From contig NW_020844031.1 of assembly GCF_003704095.1 (NCBI RefSeq), positions 248,001 to 312,000 on the forward strand: DNA of 64,000 bases, given 5' to 3'. The notes beneath the pieces were generated by a model. The model worked only from the letters and a program-made list of their open reading frames with translations. It did no database searches and was not told the origin of the DNA. This document shows positions 26,001 to 35,652 of the stretch, piece by piece. Position 1 is the first letter of the stretch. The number at the start of each line of letters is the position of its first letter. The translations under genes and the position numbers were made by a program. The DNA is from Pocillopora damicornis (Eukaryota).

Positions 26001-26263
26001 TCCTCAGTTGAAACTAAAGACTTGCCGCCAGGATACAGTTTGGCCCATTGTGGAACAGTGAGTATTTTTTTTTCGTATCGGAGTGTTTGTAGCTTTCGAT
26101 AAATCCAATCTTTTGACAAAACTTCGTGCAGATTTCCTGCGGGACGCTTCTTTTCAAATATCACTCTCAAGACTTGTGTACCCACATCCACCAGAAGGCG
26201 ACACAACCGAGCATAATTAACCGTCTGCTCTGTAGAAGGGAACGTTGGTGCAGCAGTTGCCAT
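23051..26263 (-). CDS. HEPN (DZIP3/hRUL138-like) + helical linker + 16 RI-type LRR protein with no NACHT. Exons 26263-25552 and 24528-23051
   Basis: Exon 1 has NYARLCRLLVDVGTQVLR...QWAKLYP...DFDISLLTVLLRNIC...GW...DIARI, the HEPN_DZIP3 pattern. Phase-1 donor AAAG|gtattg joins acceptor ctacttag|AC in frame. Exon 2 has 16 x 29-aa repeats of LxLxxNxITDxGVxxLxxAL. Confidence 0.85.
23060..24451 (-). repeat. Coding tandem array of 16 x 87-bp LRR units
   Basis: Recurring ggtgtctgtaatgc...actggcaacacc...tcggtgatc...gtgactttaca with 87-nt period. Confidence 0.95.
24789..24952. mobile_element. MITE with imperfect TIRs in the HEPN-LRR intron; partial relative at ~22690-22785
   Basis: gtaatcgcatgatttt...gtgcgatt pairs with aattgcactcgaaatcatgtgattac. 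Confidence 0.55.
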
Positions 26264-29000
26264 GGATGATGGCTGCTAGAAAGAAGTGATAGCACCGTAA
26301 GAGTGAAATAAGATAAAGATAAATTTAAAAATTAATCAAAGATCCAGCTGTGTTGCTCATGAAACTATGACTAGGGCAATAATTTTATTGTTTATTAATA
26401 ATTTTTCGGTAGAACATATCGTTTATTACTTAAAGATGCTCTTAAAAAGTAGATATTTATCTCCATCCACTCAGCACAATTACCGATGTGTCGTTAGCCA
26501 TTGACGATTTTTAGATTTTTTATCTTAGCCATTACGTAATGGAAGGGAAAGGGAGAAGGTAATGCGCAGGCGCGATTGGGGGGCGTAACTTGCATACCCC
26601 ATTAGTGTGCGCCAGGAGACACCGGAAGATGACAATGAAGTGCACCTACGCGAGTGTCGAGCTTCAGTGCAGCGTACTGCGGGAATACGTTTAGGCACTA
26701 CATGAGAGATTCACGTGGGCCAGTAGATGTGAAGGCGCGTAAGCAAATAATTTGCAACCCGTGTTTTGAGCGGGAAATCAAACTGGTGAGATTGTAGTTG
26801 AACAGTAATTCTCAGTATTCTACAATTTCTAATAAACTCGCAGAGCAACAATACCGGCGGGGTTAGAGCTTTGTCAGCGGGAGGAAACTGTTAAAATTCA
26901 AGTTCGTGGAGAGAGAGTTTTGAGTGAAAACAGGCCGAAAAGAAAGAGACAGAGCGACCAAAAAAATCAAGAAGTGAAAGGCGTCAGGCGAGTCGAGAAA
27001 AACGCGCAAGAAAGTACAAGAGGACACCAAAATAGGTAGCATACGGCGAGAGGAACGAGAAAAACAAGAAAAGGCATAAGTAAAAAGGCGAATATCAAGT
27101 GAAGAGCAACGCGAGAAGGAAATACAAAGACGCTCCCGAAAACAGACTAAAAAGGGGTCATTTAAAAAGAGAAGCAAACTACAAAGGATCCGGGAAAGAA
27201 GACGAGGTAAGTCGTGTCTTATCTGGGTTTTCTCTTACGCTAAGGCTCAGAAAAATTGAAACCTTTTTTACCAATCGTCGTTTGATACTAGCTTCAGTCT
27301 ATAATTAAAATCATTTTTCGGGAAAACAATGACTTTGGCATTCATTGCCTAAAAACCCTCGCGTCGGTTCATTGCTCCAATAAGATTTCAAAATGTTCGT
27401 ATTCTTGAATTACGGTCTTTTCGTCCAAAAGTTTTTTTCTCCAAGTCTGTTCGTCTTATTGTTAAGTCTTTTCTCGAAGCAAATAAATAACTTTTAGAAG
27501 ACTAGATAACATACATAAAGAACTTATAAGTGCGAGCCATCGCCACTTTGGTAGAAGTAAATTTCGTGTTGGACTATGTTTTTGGTTGTGTCGGAAACAA
27601 ACTCACGGGCAAAATGGAGGTAGTCCTACTGCGGAAGGAGTGAATTTCATTGTTTAGTCATGGCACTTTTCAGCACTATGTTTTCATGCTTTCTACTCGA
27701 TTCGTTCGAACTTCAGGAAATGGTTTGTCTCACGAAACATAAAGCCACTTTCTCTGCGCTCAACATCTCGAGTACTTACTGCGCGGGTTAAGATGAACAT
27801 GCTTGCGATACGATCATTTTTTCCTAATTCTGGACACTGAAGAATCAGTCTCTGAGATTGATAGTCATCACCTTTTGGAACAAGCCTCCGAGCTGTGATT
27901 GTGCAATTAAACGGGGTTCTGGCAATTTGAGCTCACAAGTACGTTGGTAGGCACATGGTTAGCGAGAATAATTGTTCTCTACAGTTTTCGAATTCAAGAA
28001 CCGTTTTTAAGAGTCCGTTTCTGTAAACTTCCTGGATATTTTCTGATCAATTCATCGAGGCACCATCTCGGAATTTCATAAGAGATTATTAACGATAAAT
28101 TCGTATCGGCACCATAATTTAGGGAAGTTTTGTCAACACATTATCAGTTAACAATTCGTGAACCACTTCTGTAACCTGCGTGGATATTTTCTTTTGAATT
28201 GAGTCACACTCTTGGAATTTCATCAGTAATTAGGAACGATAAATCTGTATATGTAGCACATTTTAAACTTTCCATACGATTTTAGGAAACTATACTTAAT
28301 TGACTCTCGTTAAATTGGCCTTGCATGACTCGTTGATTATTTTATTATTTTGTTTCCCAAAAAGCCCGGCTCGTGACTCTGGAGGTACTGAACTTGTTAC
28401 ATTTGATTCACAAGGCACGCTTCAAGGAGGAAGGTTGGAACAAAATAGCTTTTAAGACCGTTTATTGCACCCGGTTTACATATGTAGATAATTTCTTTAA
28501 AAAAATACCTATTACAGCTGTATTCAGAAGCATAGACATGTAGGTAATATACTTCTGCTTTATTTTTATTGTAAGGGGCTTCTTTTTATGTAACATATAT
28601 CCATTCTTTTAATTTCCTTCTTAACCTGCCTGCCAATAATTAAATTCTATGTTTTAATTCAAATGCGAGAAGATAAAACAGAAGTGTTGCACAGTTCTCT
28701 TTCCAGCGTCTTTTATATCTTTGTGTGCCAGCTAATGATTTAAATCTCTGTGAATAGATATGCCATATTTTAGTAGTTTTTTTAAATTCCATCTTTAGGT
28801 TTTTGACATTTACTTTTTTTAAAATTCACAAATGGCATTCTCTTTTCATCCATGTTAAGAGATATTACATATTTCTTTACTTAAAATCTGAATCACGAAA
28901 TCAACTTAATTTCATTGTTCATAAGAACACTTTGCTGGAGTATGTTACATTATTTTATTTGCTATCTTTCTGGTACATACGATAACCATATGTGTCTTAA

Positions 29001-29202
29001 CCCTTTAACTCTCAAGATTTCACGAGTAATTCTCCTTACTGTCTGCCATACAATTTGTGGTGTAAGTTTTGAGAATTTGTGATGGAATTGACTAATAATC
29101 CCCTAATTGATGTTTTTCTTTATTCTCATTTCTTGTCTGCTTGATATTGTGCTGATAATGTAAGGAGAAATTCTGTCTAGGTCGCTAGTGGGACTAAAAG
29201 GG
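29001..29202. mobile_element. piggyBac-type ~200 bp MITE
   Basis: TTAA-CCCTTTAACTC...AAAGGG-TCAA, with internal sequence shared with the other copies. Confidence 0.7.
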
Positions 29203-29734
29203 TCAAAATGGGGGATTTCATGATATTGTAATGATTAACACTTTATTATGATTTCAAATGTAACAAAAAAAGGTGAAGAGAATCTGATGTTATGAAACAG
29301 TGAAAAAACCTGTTGCTGGTAGCTTATGTCTTTAATGTTTAAATGTTAATGAGAAATGCTTTTCTTTGAAAGCGAGTATTCAGAAGTTTTCAAAACTGAT
29401 AAAAATAAGCTATTTACAAGTACATGTAATGAAAAGCAAACTGACAATCATTCCTTAATGTTTGACATGCTTCACTCAAGAATGTCAGTTGTGTGTACCT
29501 ACAATTGTGGAGGCGTATTTGAAAAGATTTGTTGGCGTAGCTGTTGTTCTTTGTTAATCTTTGTAACCAAAAAAGCTACTAAAGGCACTGAAATTCAATC
29601 TTTATGTTCACAAGGCACCCTCCAAGGTGGGAGAATATGATGATGTTTACTAGGCACTTGCTCTTATAACAATTTTATGTTCCAGAAATTCTCTACAAAT
29701 ACAAAACGGATTACATGAGATGTCTTTCATGCTT

Positions 29735-29935
29735 TACACCCTAACATCAGTATGCATATTCTTCATACTATTCTCTATACATTTCCTAATGTGCTGGCAG
29801 GGAGAATTTATTTAACAAACAAAAGGTTCTTCAGTTGATTGTCATTTCCTTTATTCTCATGACCTTAATGTTTAATTCAGAGATGATATTAAAAGGAGAA
29901 ATTAGATGCTAGTCACTCTCAGGGATTAAAGTGTT
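29735..29935. mobile_element. Diverged relative of the ~200 bp MITE family
   Basis: Shares ggagaatt...ctttattctcat...ggagaaatt...agtcact...ttaaag with the other copies. Confidence 0.5.
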
Positions 29936-29989
29936 CATAACTGTACATACTTTATATGCTCCTCACATTTGTTGGCAACAATAGTTTAG

Positions 29990-30450
29990 GTTAAGAAAGA
30001 TGTTTTTCGTCTTGTCACGAGCGTAGGACGAAGAAAAAATTCTGAGTCCCCATGAGGAATCGAACCTCAGACCTTCAGATTTGCGCTCCAATGCTCTACC
30101 ACAGAGCCACTGAGACTCTACCGTGAGCGAGGTCTACTACGAAGTTGATATGACACGCTTCCTGCATACTGCTAGGATCAGCGATGTCGATGGTGTAATG
30201 TTTGAAGATAGAAATAGTAGAGATGGTGAGTTTTGAGATCGGTAAAGAATTAAGAAAGATGTTTTCCGTTTTGACACGAGCGTGGCACAAAGAAAACATG
30301 CTGAGTCCCCATGAGGAATTGAACCTCAGACCTTCGGATTTATGGTCAGAATTTTTTCTTTGTCCTACACTCGTGACAAGACAAAAAACATCTTTCTTAA
30401 TTCTTTACCGAGCTCAAAACTTACCATCTCTACTATTTCTATCTACAAAT
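29990..30450 (-). mobile_element. Compound tRNA-derived SINE-like repeat (tandem plus inverted pieces)
   Basis: Minus strand gtggctctgtggtagagca (A box) ... ggttcgattcc (B box) at ~30050-30110. Repeated at ~30250-30340, inverted at ~30345-30450, and another copy at ~49135-49250. Confidence 0.65.
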
Positions 30451-31072
30451 AGTTAAGGTTGTTAGGAAAGCAAACAAACAAATGAACAGAAGACAGTGAA
30501 ATGAGGGAAACTGTCAACTTTACCATATGATCGAAGAAACATCACAGAATACTTACGAAGGGAAACTTGGATTATGCTAGCTAATTTCCTCTATTGCCCT
30601 TCATGTATTGATCCAATAAAATTTAATCAGTTATAGAGTTTGCCTGCAATGTGTTAAATTACCAGTGTGGACTTGATTCTTCTCAAATGTCAACTGGTAA
30701 AAGATAGATACTAAGAATAGACGTCCATAAGAAAAAGTACACATCGAAAAAACCACACTGAAGTGGTGGGATGATTGATTTGTGATATTTAGAATGACAG
30801 AAGTAGGAAAAACATATTGAGCTTTTTCCTATTCCCTGTATGTTAATTAGATTTTGGATTCTTCATTTAAACTGGGTGAGATTAAATTAATTCATAGTCT
30901 TCATTAGGGTTTGTTTACATGGAAAGGTGATTGTTATTATAACTTCACAGATGTTTTGGTTGTGGTTGCTATCCCAATTGACATTCATAAAAAAGTTCCA
31001 TTTAACATAGAATGTTTCAAGAACTTTTTCCTTTCTCTTTGATACCATTTACTATTTCTGGAGCACAATTAA

Positions 31073-31276
31073 CCCTTTAAATCCAAAGATCTCAATAGTA
31101 ATTCTCCTAACTGTCTGCCATACAGTTCTTATGATGTTAATTTTGAGAATTTGATATTGGATCAACTAATCATCCCCTAATTAATATTTTTCTTTATTCT
31201 CATCACTAATCTGCTTGATATTGTATTGATATTGTAAGGAAAAATTCTGTCTCCGTAAATCATGGAAGTTAAAGGG
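31073..31276. mobile_element. piggyBac-type MITE
   Basis: TTAA-CCCTTTAA...TTAAAGGG-TTAA. Confidence 0.8.
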
Positions 31277-32329
31277 TTAAAGGAAGCAGGTTATTAGAAA
31301 AATTATAATTTTTCATTCAGGCAATTATTTGAATGTGTAAGTAACATTTGATATTTTCAAATGTGACAGGATGGTCAAGCTGAAGATAGCCTTAAAAAGG
31401 AGTGAACTCCACTGTAACAATTAGGTGACTAATTTGGAAACTTGAGCACTTGGTAAATACACCTTGGCTTGCAATTCTAATGATTAAAGTTTGCTGAGGC
31501 AATTGAAATGTCATTCCACATGCAGGAACCTTCCACACAAAGACCTGTACTGTGAGTCATATGCTATGAGATAACTTTAGAAAAATGCATTTGTGTCAGT
31601 AGAAGTATTGCAAGTACAGTACCACCTAGTGACAAAAATTAATGATTTCCTGTAAGCATGAACGTTTGGGAGTAGTTATGGTGGCGATTGACCCTTTTTT
31701 TTGCTAGGATGCATGGGGTCTGATGATTGTAGTGTATATCTTTTAGCTTTCAAACTTTCAGCTTTGTATTAATTGTAACTGTTTACCATATCTATATTTC
31801 CCTGTTCTTTGAACCCTCAAGAGTTGAAGCAGGTGAGTCAGTAACCTAACTTCATTTGTTTGTAATTGTCTGATTATATAATTTTGCTGTGTAGGCTATC
31901 ACATTGTAATATGTAATATTGTTGTTTAGATTGCATTAAATACTCTTGCTCAAGCTTTCANNNNNNNNNNGTGTTTCTTACCAATACTCATACCCAAACT
32001 AAACATTTACATAAGGAATTGGTCACAAGATATGCAAGTTTTAAAGGGTGAGAATCTGGAAAAACAAGGATCCTCCNNNNNNNNNNACTGAAATTAATGG
32101 GGGCCCTCCTATTCTAATTTGTGTTTTTACTTTGACTTGCCTCCTCCCTTGAAATGTTTAGGGCACATAGATGAAGAGAACATTTTTCGTATTTTGACAC
32201 ACGAAAGTTAAATTAATTGACATCCACATAATGCACAAAGCAAGAATATAACTGCCTTTAAGCTTTATAGGTTAAAAAAAGCAAAATAAGAGAGTTGTGC
32301 AGACCATATCTTACTTTTTATCCTCCTGC

Positions 32330-33560
32330 ATTAGTTCGGATACAAGTAATTCATAGGACTCAAACATTGTCATCTCCTTTAAGTCATCAGTTGTAAGATT
32401 TGCTTCTGTTAGATTTTGCTTTGGAAAAAAATTTACTTTGTCCTAAAATTCTCTTCCAATATACAATATTATAAGCTCAGTAAGCAAATCGAGGGTGAGA
32501 AGCAAACCTATTTGTTCATTTCCCATCTATATTTTCTGCAAACTTGATTAGATGTTTGAGCCTCTCAGGAAATGATTTTGTTGAATTATTTGAGATATCA
32601 GAAAGAACTGCAATATTTGTTTGGTCACCTTTTCTACCAGGAAAAAGAGTTGGAAAGCCATTGGTGCTAAGAATTGTACATTGAATTCACTTAACGGTTC
32701 ACTGCCAACAGTCCAATTGTGAGTTTCAGGTTGCTTGAGGAACTCATCTTCAATAATTTGTCTTTCTTTTTAGGTGTCAACATTTGCACGTATAAAGCTA
32801 CCCATATCACTCTCTGTATTGTAGACTTTTTCATTCTCATCAAAATCAATTGGTCCACTGTCTATGTCCATATTTGNNNNNNNNNNATCATTATCTTCTA
32901 TTCCACATTCTACTTTTGACACATTAAGGAGAACACCATTTTCTGGTGGTTTAGCAAGGTTTTGCTCGCTAATCTTAGCATCTTTGTACAAGAAATTATT
33001 TGGCTCCCATGTTTGTTGACACCTGTAAGCCAGTTTTTGCATTCTCATCAAAATCAACTGGTCCACTGTCTATGTCCATATTTGNNNNNNNNNNATCATT
33101 ATCTTCTATTCCACATTCTACGTTTGACACATTAAGGAGAACACCATTTCCTGACAAAAAAATCTTGGAACAATTGTCTTTTCCATTCACAGTAAATATT
33201 ATAACAGGTATGTCCTTAGGACATCAAGGCATTACATCTGCAAGCTGTTGCACATCTTGGGGCAAAGTTGTAACATGCCCTTTGTATGCTCTTTGTCCAC
33301 CTCCTTGCTTTGTATACACATGCATCACAGGAAAAGCTCTTGCAATCAACATTTCTTCAAACTGTGTTAAATCTTGTAATTCCTCAGGAACTGGTGAAGG
33401 TATATCATGAAATTTTCATTCAAAAACTTTTTCTTCAGTGAGCAAGTTATAATAATTGGGGCAAGTTTGGGGTGTTTCAAGTTTGACACAAGATTTGAAA
33501 TGTCTTCTCTTCTTAATGGGTATCTAAGTGAAATCAATGCTAGCTTCAGTATGCTCATTA
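32330..33560 (-). mobile_element. Degenerate Helitron/Helentron RepHel N-terminal region
   Basis: Minus-strand fragments [70 protein letters not shown] and [31 protein letters not shown] resemble the region upstream of Rep in animal Helitron proteins. Stops, frameshifts and an internal ~110-bp duplication are present. Confidence 0.7.
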
Positions 33561-33599
33561 TCTAGTTCATATGACTGAGATTCACAAACCATACCTCTT

Positions 33600-34820
33600 A
33601 CTTCATATATTGTGAAAAACCATCCTTGTACAAAGTGGTTTTTTTAATGTAGCCAAATTAGAAAACTCTCTTACATCTGGACAAAGATGAATATAGGTCC
33701 ATTTTCCTTCAAAGAGAACCATACAAGTAAAACGTTTATTATATGATTGCACCATCCCTTTCAACTTGTATTCCATTTGGCCTACATTTACATTTTCATA
33801 CAACTTTATTGCATTCATAAGCACTGGAGAGAATTCAATAAAAACAAACTTTGAGTGTGCTACAGAAGTCAAAATTGGCTCACACGTTGGGGTTTCACAA
33901 TTAGGGCAGTTTAACTTTCCAGGTTGAGTTAGAATAGCAGAAACAAACTGTGGCCAGGAATTGTAATTCAGCTCACATTTTTGCAATGCAGATATGGTCA
34001 CAAAATTTACCAAATTGAGCTATTTTGAACTACATCCTTTTGGCATGACTCACAAAATGACTGGAAGGTTCTTAGAGATGAAAGGTACTCATTTCATCTG
34101 GAGTAAGCTTGCCAAAGGTCTTTTCCTCAAAAATCTGACAGAAACAAGCATTGCTATCTCTTGCCAAAAAAGGGCATTGTGGTCTAAAATACGCCCAAAG
34201 AGGCTCCCTGATTTCTTCCAACAATCTACTGTTTTCTGGTGACTCGATATATCTTGAGCATGTGTTAAAAAGAAGCTCTGTGAATTCATTTCTCACAGTC
34301 AAATTTAACAATTGTGGGAAAAAAACATGATGCAACTTCTAAAAACTGTCAACTGCACCAGAATAAATATGACAGGTGTTTCGTACAGAATTCATAAAAT
34401 ATCCTGTTTGAGCAATAACTGCTGGAGTTATTCATCTTCCATTGAGCTACTGTAAACTAAGGAATCTGTTACTTCAAAAAATGTGTTGCTTAATTCATAT
34501 ACTGTGAAAACCATACTTGCTTCAACTGTTTTTTCAGTGCAGCCAAATTGGAAAACTCTTTTACACCTGAACAAAATTCATCAATATAGGTCATTTTCCT
34601 TCAATGAGAACCACACAAGTAAAATGTTTAATACATAACTGCACCATCCCTTTCAACTTGTATTCTGTTTGGCCTACATTTACATTTTCATACAACTTAA
34701 TCACATTCATAGGCTCTGGAGAGAATTCACTAAAAACAAACTCTGAGTGTGCTACGGAAGTTAAAATTAGCTCACTCATAGGGATTTCACAATTAAGGCA
34801 GTTTAACTTTCCAGGTGTGG
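33600..34820 (-). pseudogene. Relic of a USP-like (papain-fold) cysteine protease domain, partly duplicated (33600-33925 ~ 34490-34815), probably part of the Helitron
   Basis: Frameshifted GAVDSFLEV Cys-box-like motif, CPNC, and YKLKGMV...HFTCVVLIEGK His-box-like segment. Same strand as, and upstream of, the RepHel relic. Confidence 0.45.
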
Positions 34821-35041
34821 CAAAAACAAACACGACGTAGAATTATCTGGAAACATTTTCTATTTTACAATGCTTGTATAAATATTGTATACAGCCACCC
34901 CAAGTTAGAGTTCATTCATATTTCCAAATTGGAAATTATAGCAAATTCCAAATAGAAATCAAATATTAAGAGAAAAAGAAAAATAGAAAAGAAAAAGAGG
35001 AAGCTATAATACATGTGGATGGAATGTCTGCAACCATTTAA

Positions 35042-35245
35042 CCCTTTAACTCCCATGAGTGACCAAGACAGAATTTCTCCTAACAATATAAATACAGTAT
35101 CAACCAGATAGGTGATGAGAATAAAGAAAAGTATTAATTAGTGGATTATCAGTTAATCCAATACNNNNNNNNNNAAACTAACATCACTAGAACTATGTGG
35201 CAGACAGTTAGGAGAATTACTAATGAAATCTTGGGAGTTAAAGGG
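35042..35245. mobile_element. piggyBac-type MITE with demonstrable TTAA target-site duplication
   Basis: Perfect TIR ccctttaactccca / tgggagttaaaggg, flanked by TTAA on both sides. The paralogous empty site has a single TTAA at 43886-43889. Confidence 0.9.
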
Positions 35246-35444
35246 TTAAATACTCCAATTGTTTCCCACTCATGAAGAAAAAAAAAGATTTACATGTAGC
35301 CACAGTTTCAAGTTTATTTCACTATCAATGGCTAAATTGGTTGTATCTATCTAATAAAAATCAATAAATACAAAAAATCAAGCCATAAAACACAACTGCC
35401 ACACCTTCAATCGACATGTATATGTTATAAAATAGAGTTTTAAC

Positions 35445-35652
35445 TTTAACCCCATACATGCATAACTGACCAAGACAGAATTTCACCTTACAACATCAGT
35501 ACAATATCAGCAAGCAAGTGATGAGAATAAAGAAAAGTATTAACTGGGAGATTATTGGCTAATCCAATACAAAATTTTAAAACCAACTATGTAAGGACTG
35601 TATGGCAGAAGGTAAGGAGAAATAGGTAAACAATCTTGGAGTGAAAGGGTTA
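35445..35652. mobile_element. piggyBac-type MITE, paralogous to 43468-43685
   Basis: Same family and same intronic position in both U2AF2 copies. Confidence 0.7.

Noticed and set aside
26863-27308. ORFs 26863-27177 (-) and 27099-27308 (+)
   Set aside because: Low-complexity products of purine skew with no recognisable domain.
30040-30115. Functional tRNA gene
   Set aside because: It has A and B boxes but no convincing cloverleaf, and it is embedded in a longer repeat present several times in the window.
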